Below, one piece after another: positions 30,601 through 44,929 of a stretch of DNA of 64,000 bases. Positions within the stretch are counted from its first letter, which is position 1, and every line of letters begins with the position of its first letter. The stretch is from the human T2T-CHM13v2.0 reference genome, Homo sapiens. The notes under the pieces were generated by a model that saw only the letters and a list, made by a program, of their open reading frames with translations, did not search any database and was not told the DNA's origin. The stretch lies in assembly GCF_009914755.1 (NCBI RefSeq), contig NC_060933.1. One strand, given 5' to 3'. The position numbers and the translations under genes were made by a program.

Positions 30601-31186
30601 TTAAATGTTTGCACACAGCCATCTCTGAATGCCAAATGATCTCTCTTCAACTGGAATGACAAGAGCTGAAAGAAATGTATGACCACGAGGACACTTTAAT
30701 CTGTGAATGACATGCTGAGATCGGAAACCCCAAATGATGGTAACTGAGAGTGGTGCCCAGGCCCTAAGTTTTAGTCACACTCTCACCTAAGTGAGAACCT
30801 GACCAAAAAGGGGGAATTTTTTTTTTGAACAAAATTACGGAAGGCCATTGCTTTGGACTGAGCTCATGCACTAGGCCCCAGCAGACCAAACCAAACCAAA
30901 ATGGAGTTACTCATGCTGAATGTGACATAATCAAACCAAGACTTTAAGGAAACACATAGATCCTAGAACAGACCAGGTTTGGTTTTCTCCTGTAAACAAG
31001 ACATTCCAGCATAAGGAGGTAACCTCTCCTCAAGTCCTGGTTCCTACCTTTGCAAAACTTACTGTTCCACTGTTTCACAGTGGGTTTCAAGACCAAATAA
31101 GTATATTTACAGTGGTGATAGTGACATCAATGACTAAAGTTTTGGTGAATCTCTCAAAATTGAGAAAATGACCAAAAGGGGGCAAT

Positions 31187-31591
31187 TGTTAAAGCGAAAT
31201 AAATGTGGCCTGAGAAGGACTGCATACTTCTATATTTGAGTCCTTGTAGATGAACTACAACCTAACTTAATAGGCAGACAAGGTTGAAAACCTAACTTAG
31301 GAATCTGCACCCGTAACAATAGCTGAGTCTTGGCCAATCCCAGCAGCTGTACTTTGTACTTCAACCACTCATACATTGCTGAGTGTTCAAACTGTGTTCA
31401 AATAAGGCAAACGCCGAGCTGTCACCAATCCAGTTGTTTCTGTACCTCACTTCTGATTTCTGCACGCCACTTCCCTTTTGTCTATAAATCTCCCATCACA
31501 TGCCTTTGTGGGAGACTCTCTGAATCTGCTGTGATTCTGGAGGCTGCCTGATTCGTGAATTGTTCATTGCTCAATTAAACTCCTTTAAATT
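31187..31591 (+). mobile_element. MER57A-like LTR (U3-R only)
   Basis: TGTTAAAGCGAA start; CCAAT boxes, TATAAA, ATTAAA at 31574-31579; no terminal ...CA, replaced by an A-tract. Confidence 0.85.
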
Positions 31592-32024
31592 AAAAAAAAA
31601 AGAATTTATCTAGACAATTTTGTTGTTCTGCAGCTCTCCAAGTAAAGAACTCATATATTTTCAGAGAGTTTTATCTCTGGTTAAGGTGGACTATCAATAT
31701 GTCTAGTTTATTTCTGAGAATGTTCTACGTTTAATTTTGTTGGGGTTTGTGTATATAGAATAAGACAGTAATTTATTTCAATTTAAATTATAAAAGCTGT
31801 ACAAATCCTGATTAAAAATTTTCACACTGCATATAAAGTGGAATTAAGTGCTAAATTATAGTCTCTTGCCCTCCGCAGTCCTCTAAATTTCACTCCTCAT
31901 TGTGTGTAACACTATAGACTTTTCTATGCACTTATAAGAATGCTTATATATTCTGCATATATTTTATATATTCACAGTACACAGATGCTTTCATGCTATC
32001 TGAATGAATCGTATACTTCTTTGA

Positions 32025-32388
<364 letters not shown>

Positions 32389-32964
32389 CTCTTTTATTCT
32401 TTATGTAGCTGTTCAGTATTCCATTATATGAATACTTCCTACCTTATTTGACTACTCTCCAACTAATGGGCACTTAGGACTCATCCACACCCCCCTTCTT
32501 TTTGTAAGCAAACATTGCTTAATAAATATCCTTGTTCCTAAAAATTTTAGACACCTGTGAGAAAGATGTATTTCTAAAAATATACTTGCTAGGTATGTGC
32601 TTTAAAATTTTCCATAGATATTACCAAACAGCTTCCCATATGATATTCTCCAAAAAGGAGTATTTCTATCATATCATTCTCTAACAAAGAATGGATATAG
32701 TCTAACTTTTTTCCCATATAAGTGGAAAAATGATATTTACTATTTTCATATTAATTTCATTATTATGAGTGAGTTTGAGCTCCTTCGTTTATAAACTATG
32801 TTTTTTTGATTTCTTTTTCTCTGCACTGTGTTTTTAGACTCTTTATGCATTTTTCTCTTATTGGATTGTCCAACTTTTTCTTCTTGTAAAGAGAGAGCTT
32901 TACATTAATTTTCTGTTTTCCATGGTATGCTGTAAATTTTTAAATCATGGTTGATCATGTGCTT

Positions 32965-32968
<4 letters not shown>

Positions 32969-33012
<44 letters not shown>
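32969..33012. repeat. (CA)22 microsatellite
   Basis: Perfect dinucleotide run. Confidence 0.98.
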
Positions 33013-33014
<2 letters not shown>

Positions 33015-33062
33015 GTTTCTGGTCTTATATTTGGTGATAGTGGTTATGGCCACTATGACTAC

Positions 33063-33140
33063 ATATATATATATATATATATATAAATATATATGTAAAA
33101 ATATATATATGTAAAATATATATGTGTATTATATATATAT
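33063..33140. repeat. Imperfect (TA)n microsatellite
   Basis: Direct reading. Confidence 0.9.
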
Positions 33141-33192
33141 GTTTACACCCCCATATGACATTTCTTTTTTATAGTTGAGTTTATCAATTTTT

Positions 33193-33481
33193 ATTTTTTG
33201 AGACAGAGTTTTGCTCTTGTTGCCCAGGCTGGAGTGCAATGGCGCCATCTTGGCTCACTGCAAACTCCGCCTCCTGTATTCAAGCAATTCTCCTGCCTCA
33301 GCCTCCTGAGTAGCTGGGATTACAGGCATGCGCCACCACGCCCAGCTAATTTTGTATTTTTAGTAGGGACAGGGTTTCACCATGTTGGTCAGGCTTGTCT
33401 CAAACTCTTGACCTCAAGTGATCCCCCTGCCTCGGACTCCCAAAGTGCTGGGATTACAGGCATTAGCCACAGCACCCCACC
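33193..33481 (-). mobile_element. AluSq/Sp-like
   Basis: gttttgctcttgttgccc diagnostic; TSD agtttatcaattttt at 33178-33192 and 33483-33497. Confidence 0.94.
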
Positions 33482-33984
33482 AAGTTTATCAATTTTTTAT
33501 GGTGTCTTTTTTCATCATGCTTATCTATCCCCTACAAAACTGTAAGCATGTTTTGTCATGCTTTTTCTGCTACTTTTTCTGGTTTAATTTTTTTTAAGGT
33601 AGGTCTTTAACCCCTTAAGGATTAATTTGACTCAAAAAGTGAGGTATGAATTGAATGCTTTTTCTAACCTGTTTTTCCAATACTGTCTTTTTTTGATTTT
33701 GAAAGACCCTCATCTTTTTTTCCAGGCATTGTAATCTATCCCATCGATCTGTCTGTCTGTTCCTGGCTCTGGTACTAGAAAGGTTTAATTATTTTTAGTT
33801 TTAAAATGTATTAGACTATGTGCAGCTTGTTCGAGTGAATTTATTTGCCTATGCTTGGAGCTTCCAAGAGACCCAGTGGAATCTGGTAGTGTGGGAAGTG
33901 GGGTAGGATGAATGAGCTAAAATTACTCGTTTGGGCTCTATGTACCTCTAGAACACAAGCCACTGGAGTGAACAGCCAAGTTCT

Positions 33985-34205
33985 ACTACTATTACATATT
34001 TATTTCAAACTTTGCAAAGTGCTTTCCTATGTACTGTCTCTTTAATCCTAACAACAGTCTCATAAGGTAGAGGTTGCTATTCCTATTTTTGCAAAATGTC
34101 TTATGTTGAGGTCTGAGATTTGATGAGCATCATACAGCTCCAAAGTGGCACAGCCCAGACTCCAACCCCAGGTCCTCCTTCAAACCACAGCTGTACCATT
34201 TTCAG
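33985..34205 (-). mobile_element. MIR SINE
   Basis: tgcaaagtgctttc...ctttaatcctaacaacagtctcataaggtag...aagtggcacagcccagactccaacccca. Confidence 0.65.
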
Positions 34206-34318
34206 GGTGAATACTGGATCCTCCACTCAGCCTTGGCCATGCCACGAGGAGTTTCTTCTTCAGCTTGGAGCAGGTGATTCCTCAGCTGAGCCAAACACCC
34301 TTTTGAAAATCTCCTCTT

Positions 34319-34600
34319 GGCCAGGTGTGGTGGCTCATGGCTGTAATCCCAGCACTTTGAGAAGGCCAAGGCAGGTGGATCACTTGAGGTCAGGAGCTTG
34401 AGACCATCCGGGCCAACATGGTGAAACCCCATCTCTACTAAATATACAAAAATTAGCTGGGCGTGGTGGTGCACAACTGTAGTCCCAGCTACTCAGGAGG
34501 CTGAGGCACAAGAACCGCTTGAACCCAGTGAGGCAAGATCACACCACTGCACTTCAGCCTAGGCGACAGAGCGAGACTCCACCTCCAAAAAAAAAAAAAA
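34319..34600 (+). mobile_element. AluS with right-arm deletion
   Basis: Dimer; the join gaacccagtgaggcaagatc lacks ~15 nt. Confidence 0.9.
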
Positions 34601-35959
34601 AGGAACTGTCCAACACAGAGACCCTGTTCCCAGTGGGCTTTGCCTGAAGCTCTTCCAGCAGCGAGCTAGCACAGGGGTGGAACCTGCTGTTGATCTGTTG
34701 ATTAAGCCTATGCAGTGCTTTCTTTCTTAAAAGGATTAAGTTTTCCACTCTGCTATTATTTTTTAAGAAGGGAATTTTTCTGTAACACTACAAACTCTTT
34801 CAGCAGATATTCATCAACAGCCTCTGTGATAGCAAAGTATTTTTCAGCAGAAAGAAGTTAGTTTGACAGATAAGCATGCTGCATAATTAAAGGATTAGCA
34901 TAGTTTCTCCTGAAATTAAATTAGGAGGGAAAGACTTTTGTGTGGACTTGTTTATGATAACATTATTTGTCGTCATTTTGCAAGGAATAACTCTCAAGCC
35001 ATGACATAGTGTCAGTTTTAATATTTGAGCCTCAGAGATGAGCGGAAAATGACATTTACACAATGTGACCAGTGGCACATACCTGAATTGTTTCCAGCTA
35101 CTCAAATCCAGACATCCTCCCTTTCATGAGTGAAGGTGAATGCTTCCACCCTCCGTCCCTCATTTGTTTCCCTGTGGAGGGAAAAAGCTTCCTTTTCTAT
35201 TATGTTCTGGAAGCAACCTGAGTTTTGGGCAGACTGAGTGGTTGCTCGGATTGTGTGATTAAATCTCTCTGACTGAGGCCACAGTGACAGGGCAGTGGAT
35301 TGGGGAAAGACTGGTTGGAAGGGTTTTGGAGGACAGAGGACCTTGGTAAAGGACCGTGCAGGAGAGCAGTTTTATCTCACTGTCAAAGCCTGTTTTGCTC
35401 CTTCCAGTCCTCTTTGCTTTCTTTTATGCAGTTGTTTTCTCATTTCTACAGAAGCAGAGATCATCTGGCTGGAGCATTCTGAGCATTTGCTTCGTGGAGA
35501 GCTTTGGTATGGGGGCCGTGCTTGTCTTCAGCAGAGGCTCTGGGAGAGCCAGACTTCTGTGTGTCTGTGCTGCAGGATGGCATTCGCCTCTCAGAGAGCC
35601 TAGGTTAACTCTTTAAGCCGTGAAGCAGTCCGGAAGAGGCTAAGCCAGACTTGGCAACTACATTGGACCCCAAAGCCCCAAAACTCTGCGCCATTATGCT
35701 GCCTCCCAAAGGTGGGATTTGCAGCTGGGTTTTGAAAGATAGTGGGATAATTTTAGGGTCAGATTAAAGAGGGGGATATTGCAGGGGGAGAAACAATACA
35801 TTAGCCAGGCGGTGGAAGCAGGAAAGAGATCTCTTGAGAAGAAGAGGGAGATGTTGCAGGAAGCCCGAATGGGGCCTGGGAGGGGTGGCAGCAGGTACAA
35901 TCTGTGCCTTGAGTCACTCCCCCTTGGTGTTCCTGTGATTTCTGTACCTCTGCATTGGA

Positions 35960-36372
35960 CAGTGACTTGAGGGCTGGCAGCCTCCCACCTCATCATGGGC
36001 TTCAGTGTCTCTCTGTTCTGCTTCAGGGCTTCCTCTGGAGCCTTGAAGAACACTGGGCATGTGTGCAGGAGCGTCCCTGAAGTACACGGGGCTTCCCATC
36101 CCTGGAGGCCACCCCAGCCAAGGGGAATGAGAGCTGGAGGAAAAACACTCCAGCCTCCCTTCCTTCAGGGGGCAACCCTGAGGTGCTTTCTACACGGTTC
36201 CCCCGATGGGTGAGCCCAGGTGCCCACAGCAGTAGCCGGTGTGATAACACGTCTTCTCCGTCTACCTCTCCTGGCTCCCTCACTCCTGCCTCCTGGGCTC
36301 ACTTCCCAAAGAAACCACCTGCACCCAAGTCCTTGTCTCAGGCTCTGCTTTTCAGGAAACCCAATTAAGAAA
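35960..36372 (+). mobile_element. LTR16-family ERVL LTR
   Basis: Ends cacctgcacccaagtccttgtctcaggctctgcttttcaggaaacccaattaaga, the LTR16-type terminus. Confidence 0.7.
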
Positions 36373-36880
36373 GGGACTTTCAAAGGTTTCCTTGGAAATG
36401 TGGACTTGATTGAATAGAATACGATTCAAAACACCCAAAACAGAACCTTTTGGAATACATATTAACTGTCTAGTTGACCAATTCTTGCCAGAGGGAAGTC
36501 TGGCAACTCTGTCTTACAAAAACTGTTATCGTGTAATCTTAGCAGGAACAGTCTCATTTGTGCTTTGACCTTGAAAACGTTTGGAAGGAAGGCATGTGGA
36601 CCCAGGAACATTCTGCAATTCATGGTCTCTTACATAAATTAACTTTCTTCTCTTCAGTGAGTAAAGATGTTGAATAGGTACATGAGCCCTGAAATGTCTC
36701 ACACTATCCAGAGAATAAAATGTATCAACGATGCAATTAACTTGTTGGTATGAGTGAATACAAATCGCTACTTAAGAATTTATTCTTCAATTCCACAATT
36801 TTCGCAATTCTTCTCTAAATATATAATCTTTACTAAGTAAAAAAAGTGAACTATTTAAAAAAAAAAGAACAAGAAGAAGA

Positions 36881-37045
36881 GGTTGGGCATGGTAGCTCAT
36901 ATCTGTAATCCCAGTGCTTTGGGAGGCTGAGGTGGGAGGATCACTTGAGACTAGGGGTTCAAGGCTACAGTGAGCCGTGATCATGCCACTATACTCTAGC
37001 CTGGGCAACTGAGCGAGACCCTATCTCTAAAACAAAATAAAAAAT
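36881..37045 (+). mobile_element. FRAM / AluJ-derived monomer
   Basis: Single ~165-nt monomer containing ggctacagtgagccgtgatcatgccact. Confidence 0.8.
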
Positions 37046-37529
37046 AATTTAATTTTCTAGTGCATAATCAAGCAACCCTCTGCAGACAGAAGGTTACATG
37101 TCCAATGTTCAAATATGCTTACAGATTTATGAATACAAGACAAGCAGCCCCAAGAGAAAAATCAGTGAAGGATATGAAGAACAGTGCATGGGAGAGCAAG
37201 CCTCAATGATCAAGATGAGAAGATGCTCAAAAGGGAAATTCAGTCCACAAAAGCAAAGAGATGACCCTCCCTATCTGCCACACTGGCCAAAAATAAAGAG
37301 GTCGAAATATTTGTAGCATTATGTCTAGAGCAAAACGTGATATAAAGTGAAAAGTGGTATGAATGAAGGTCAGTCGTTGATTTAAAATTTGACACATCCA
37401 TATCCTATATGTTTATGCTGCGATCAGAAAAGTATGAATTTGAGCTGGTTAACGTGGAAAGATTCCCACAATATATTGCGTAAATAATGTCTAATGTAAT
37501 CCTATTTTTGTATAAAAAGGTCGAGGTGG

Positions 37530-37781
37530 GTGTGAATTCGTGCTTATTCACTTCTGAAGCCAGAATATCTGGGTTTGGTCCTGTACGTAGCTCTTATTGG
37601 CTGTGGGACTTTGGGAACTTAATGTAACCTCTCTGTGTTGCTGATCTTTATACTTGTATATTAAATGGGGGACAATAGCAATATCTACTTTAGGATTGAT
37701 ATGAGGATTAACTCAGCTATTGTATACAGAGACTTACAATGGTGCCCGGAATATAATGTGCTCAATAAGTGTGGCTGTTAC
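37530..37781 (+). mobile_element. MIR SINE
   Basis: tctgaagccagaatatctgggttt...taacctctctgtg...tgaggattaa...gtgctcaataagtgt. Confidence 0.75.
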
Positions 37782-38183
37782 GATAGCTTGTGTAATTGCA
37801 GTAATGTCTATAATTGCATATGATTTATGAGAATGGAGAAAAATACCAAAGGGTGCAGCATTGGTTGTTAGCATGAGTTACTTGGTGTCAAGTGGAGGAG
37901 GGAAGTGCTTGAATAGGGATCCAGGTGGGGGAGAAAAGGATGAGGGGTAACAGGTATAAAATATACACGGAGTGAAAAAGAACCTTTAACCATAGCATGC
38001 TGGCCTCTGCAATAGATAACCTGTAAGGAAAAGACAAGGATGGAGAGGGAACCAATGATATAGAGAAAAGAAGACCTTTCAAATTAAAAGGAAATGAGCA
38101 AGACCAAGCGGTAGTGTCTAAGGATTCATACGTGAGCGATAAGATGTCAAAGAAACACACAAAAAGATATTATAAAAGTCCCG

Positions 38184-38717
<534 letters not shown>

Positions 38718-39175
38718 TTATGAAAAGTTATATGTTTATAAGAACAGATACACAAGTCAAAACAGCAACTAGCTAGTGAGTATATAAAATCACCCCTAGA
38801 AGCTAAAGAGAATGTTCCAATATGAGGTTGAGGGCTATCCCTCTCCAAATCTATGGGGCCTGAAGGCGCTGGGCTAGGCAGGTTTCCTACCTAACTTTGT
38901 CCAGACAGATGAAGGCAGGAAGGATTAGTTTTGATCATGCCTGCTGGGTGTATGAGTCACATTCTACCTGGTAATTATTTTTGACATTTGACAGTTCTAG
39001 GCACAACCTTTTGCAGCTCTGAAATCTTGGCAGGCCATTTATTTTTGAAGCTTCATATTTTCCTTTTCACAGGATATACCTATTTGGGTACCCTGTTCAA
39101 ATTAAGGTAGAGATTTTTGAAGAGTCACAAGCCCGGAGGAAAATGTAGAGTTTCAGGAAAGAACTCATCACTTAG

Positions 39176-39207
<32 letters not shown>

Positions 39208-39223
39208 ACAACAACAACAACAA
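39176..39223. repeat. (CAA)~16 microsatellite with one CGA interruption
   Basis: Direct reading. Confidence 0.95.
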
Positions 39224-39614
39224 AAGTGTGACCTTTACTTGAAAAATACCAGCCCCTGGCCACAGAACTAGGCTTACAATTTTTCAGAGCAGGCACCAGG
39301 TGAATCTTTGTTCCCAAATATTTTCCCTACCTGCCTGTACCACAATGCTGAAATTCTATTCTTAGACAGATAACTCGTTTGACTGGTGAGTTTAAAAATG
39401 CAAATTTCCCAAGAAGAAGTAGCCCAGTTAAGACTGTTATGAGACAGTCATACTATGGTGAAAAGAATGCATAAAGAAAGGATCCTGAATTAAAGAGAAA
39501 AGCAAAGGACAATTGTAAAGGACACAGAATTGCTGGGAAGAAAAATGCCTGGAGCTTTCCCAAATCAGGCAATAAAAAGGCACTGAGCATCTGCGAGACA
39601 CGTATGAGGATTTT

Positions 39615-40090
39615 TTCAATCAGCTTCTTTTGGTTTAAATTGACAGAAACCCCAACTCAACTAAGCTTAGGAAAAAAAGGGTAATCTATTGGCTCATATA
39701 ATTTAAAAGTACGACTTTTAAATTAGATGGAGTTTCAGGCATGGCTTGATCCAGGTATTAAGCAATACTTTCAAAACTTTGTCTTCTCTGTTTTCCTGCT
39801 TTCAGCAGGCCCTCTGCTCCTGTCTTCTCCCAAATATAGTATAAGTTTTTTTCTTTACCCTGATCACTAAAGTAAAAATTGTGAGATAAGCTGTGATTGG
39901 CCATGCGCACGTCCTTGAGTCAGTCGAGGTGGCTTCCAGATACAAGGCTCTGGTGGGCCATGTGGGAGTTATTGGCTTTGTCCTGGAACCAGAGGTGGGT
40001 CAGCTTCACTGACACACTTGCACCAAGGAAATGGGCGTGGTGTTGCCAGAAAAGAGGGACATGGGTATTGGAGCTTCACATAGCACATGT
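39615..40090 (-). mobile_element. MLT1 (K/L-like) MaLR LTR
   Basis: tgacagaaaccccaactcaactaagcttag...tattggctcatataat...ttcaggcatggcttgatccagg. Confidence 0.65.
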
Positions 40091-40499
40091 CCCGCCCAGC
40101 AGCCTCTGCGAGTTCCAACCCAGAGTGGCTGTGAAATCAAGTTGCTGGATCACAGCCAGCATCAAAGGAGTATTCTAGAAGAGAATTTAATAGAAGATAC
40201 CTGAGTGTGTCACATTCTGTAAGAGTCAGTTCTGTGAAACCTTTGTTTGAGTTACACAGGTGCATACGTATCTACAAATGTAAATATGTGTGCATATTTA
40301 TATACATGTATGTATAAATGTGTGGATAAATATGAATTGTTGACCACGGTTTATGGAAAAAAAGGTGTAAACATGTGTAAATATGTGCAAATATGTGCAT
40401 ATTTATATACGTACATATTTGGACTTATAGGTGTAAATATGTGTGCATATTTATATACATGTATGTGTAAATGTGTGGATAAGTATGAAATTTTGAGTT

Positions 40500-40630
40500 A
40501 TATGGAGTTAAATAAAATATATAATCAAAATTACTTTTCCCTCTTTCTTTTTATCTCTTTTTAAATGTGGTTGCTAGAAAATTTAAAATTATACTCATGG
40601 CTCATGTTACATTCGTACAAAACAGTGCTG
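40500..40630. mobile_element. MER33/MER3-type hAT MITE fragment
   Basis: gagttaaataaaatat...aatgtggttgctagaaaatttaaaattat...acagtgctg terminus. Confidence 0.7.
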
Positions 40631-41719
40631 GGGAAGAGCAGAGCAGATGAAAGCTGGTCCCTGGAGACAAGATGTTGGGTAAATTCCTGAGCACCCTCAT
40701 TTGCACAGTTAAAAGAATGAGAGCCTGCAGTGTGGGGTATTTGTGCATAGTAATGGGATAATTAATAGCACATGGGGAGCGTGTCAGAAACGGAGCTGCT
40801 GCTTCTATTATGAAACCATGAGGCCTCATCTCTCCTACTTGATTAGATCTCTGTCAGTTTTACTTTTGTAGAATCGAACAGGCTGCCTGGCTCCCAGCAA
40901 GAACTCAATAAATGCTTCATGAATGAATGAATGAATGAAACAATATTAGAAAAGAAATGAGAAAATTTCCCCAAAGACAATATTTACCTTCTTGATGATT
41001 TTGATCAAGGACAAGCCTACTAGAGGTTGTAAATCATTTATGATTTGCCTGAAGAAAAGTTATTTGCAAACCATGGCAACCAGGGGATTCACATCAATTC
41101 TTCTAACTTCAAACCTGACTCACTTCTTGCTGGTGGGCCTGGAGGTTGCCCGAATCTCCCGTCTGAATGAGCATTTAAGCAATTTCAATTCTTACCTCAT
41201 TGTTATTTGCCTTTTTCTCTTTTGCTTAAACTTTTGTTAAATAGCCACGTCTTTTTCAGTTTTACACTTGATATGTGTAACAAATACCATGTGGCAATTA
41301 CATGCACTTTGCACGGTAACTTTATGTGGTTTCCCCAAGAGCTATTACAGATATTTATATAGATATTTATGTATAAATCACACACACATACTTTTTCTTC
41401 TCTAAGGGCGTTTGATGTAGCAGATTCAGAAATGAAATTTTCAAATTACAAATCCCCATTGGAGGTTGGGGTAAAGCAAAGACAGGCCCTGTAGAGGGAA
41501 AAGATGTTATAAACATTAGGGTAAGAAAAAAACTGCCTTCACACCGCAAGATGCTTGAGTCCTGTAGAAACTGGCAAGTGGTTCCTGGGAGAGAAAGGCC
41601 TTCAGAGATGTCTTGCCCTCCTTACTCCCTGCCTGTTCCTTTCTGCCCTGAGATTTTGGCGACAGGCATTGACATCACTGTGCAGGGATGAGATTCCTCT
41701 GGATATGACAGGGTGGGGT

Positions 41720-41900
41720 GTGGCACTGCCACTTGCTATCTCTGAGGTGACACACTGTGACCCTTGGACAATTTCCTTAACTCCTTTCAGCCTCAGTTAA
41801 TTCATCTGTAAAATGAGGATACAGCACTCACCTCACAAGATTTTTAGGAAGATGAAATATAATAATATATTTGAAAAGGGTACCAAGTATGAGATACCTT
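41720..41900 (+). mobile_element. MIR SINE
   Basis: ctgtgacccttggacaatttccttaac...gcctcagttaattcatctgtaaaatgaggata. Confidence 0.7.
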
Positions 41901-42284
41901 AAAAATGTAGGTAGAATGATGCATGTAAATCTGGGAGCTGTCAAGGAAGCTGAAGGCCTGATGGAGACATGGTGTGAGGAGAGGGTTTCCGTGTTGACTG
42001 AACCCAACGCTCCATCTCACAAGATCGGGTTTGGGTCATGAACAGTTGGAAAGTCTCTTCAATGGAAACTCTAGCTGATGGAGAATGATGCTCTTGAGAC
42101 AAATAACAGACTATCAAACAAAACAAAATCCAGGAGCCACTAAGCACTCGAGATCACCAGGAGCCACTGAAGGATTCCTAGCAGGGGAATGTCATGATCA
42201 AACTGATGTCTCAGAAAGATCGATTGGATGCAATGATGTAGGATGAATTGGAAGTAGATAGACAAGAGAAAGAACTGCTATTGT

Positions 42285-42540
42285 CAGGTGTTAGTGGAAA
42301 GAGCAAACTAAGGATTTGGTATCAGGCAGACTTAGTTTCAGGTCTTGACTCAGAGACTTGCAGCAGTGTGATCCCAGGAAGTTTACGTAGCTTCTCTGAG
42401 CCTCAGTTTTCCTATTTATAACGTGGGGAGAATAATAGTATCTACCTCAAAGGATTGTTCAAAGAGATTCTGCAATGAATGTAAAGTTCCTAGCACAGGC
42501 TCTGGCACACATAAATGACTGGGTAAGAAGTATTATTACA
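42285..42540 (+). mobile_element. MIR SINE inserted in an antisense L2 fragment
   Basis: cttctctgagcctcagttttcctatttataa...tacctcaaaggattgtt...ctagcacaggctctggcaca. Confidence 0.75.
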
Positions 42541-42668
42541 GGTAGGAAGGCCAGTCAGGAGGTTTATTCCAATAAACTAGAAGGCAAGTAATAAGGCTTA
42601 GACAAGAAACCAAAAAGGCAACTATGAGAAGCATGAATAAAATCCTCTCTTCCCTTCATTGCCTAGAT

Positions 42669-43908
<1,240 letters not shown>

Positions 43909-44338
43909 TAAGGCAGCAAAACGGGAGTTCCTAGTACATCAGTCATGTCACTGTGTGACAAATCTGGGGTTTATCTGAGGCAAAACAGTTTGCTGGCCCA
44001 GAATTTTTGAAGAAACCAGATATTTAAGCTACAATTGCACAATACATGACCTAATGGAAATGTGAGAATATTTTAGTGAAAAAAAAAAAAATAAAAAGAA
44101 GCAGCAAAGATCCAACCAAATGAGATCCATATGGGATGGGTGGATTTGACAATAAGAAACAAACTTCAGAAATAATAGTTTCCCTCGTAGTACTGCATCT
44201 CACTGTGCCTTTAAAAACATTTGAGAAAATATCCTTTTATTTATTAAGGTATGACGATGATGCTTGAATTTAGAGTCTCAGTTTTCTCACTGAAAACAGT
44301 TGTTCTCCTCAAACTTGTTTTGACACTCAGAGAATAAA

Positions 44339-44467
44339 CCCCTTCCCTTCTCTTCCCTTCCCTTCCCTTCCCTTCCCTTCCCTTCCCTTCCCTTCCCTTC
44401 CCTTCCCCTTCCCTTCCCCTTCCCCTTCCCCTTCCCCTTCCCCTTCCCCTTCCCCTTCCTTTCCCTT
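44339..44467. repeat. (CCCTT)n grading into (CCCCTT)n
   Basis: ~13 pentamers then ~8 hexamers; pure pyrimidine on the plus strand. Confidence 0.97.
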
Positions 44468-44719
44468 AAAATCTGTTGGAGAAAGCATTTTACAAGAAAA
44501 TGAGTCTCTGGTCTCAGGTTTCATTTGATCTCTCATGGCTAGGATGGTTTATTCCTAGATAGGTAAGTCCCAAAACTCATTTTTAGCAGGTTGTGAAGTC
44601 TCATATCCTGTGAAGACAAAATAGTGTGGAGGAAGGGAGAAAAAACAACAATAAACAAAAGAACAATCCTGGAAAAATTGATATAGGCCACATTACTCTG
44701 AAGTCCATGCTTCAGAAGG
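44468..44719 (-). mobile_element. ERV1 (MER4-group-like) internal 3'-terminal fragment
   Basis: aatctgttggagaaagcatttt...gagtctctggtctcaggtttc...ctcatggctaggatggtttattcctag...gatataggccacattactctgaagtcc resembles my recall of the sequence preceding the PPT in MER4-group internals. Confidence 0.6.
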
Positions 44720-44730
44720 ACTCTGAAGTC

Positions 44731-44929
44731 TTTCCTTCTTTCCTTCCCTCCTTCCCTTCCTCCGTCCCTCCCTCCCTCCATCCCTCACTCCCAACCTTCC
44801 TTCCAGATGCATTTAAATGCTTACAATCCTCCCTTCCTTCGTCCCTCCCACCTCTTCCCCTTCCTTTCTTTCTTCCTTCCTTCCTTCCTTCCTTCCTTCC
44901 TTCCTTCCTTCCTTCCTTCCTTCCTTCCA
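44731..44929. repeat. Compound (CCTT)n microsatellite
   Basis: Two pyrimidine blocks, each followed by cagatgcattt(t)aaatgcttaca. Confidence 0.9.

Noticed and set aside
44339-44467. Possibility that this is the RFC1 (CANVAS) AAGGG locus
   Set aside because: The RFC1 repeat lies in an Alu poly(A) tail; this tract is not attached to an Alu.
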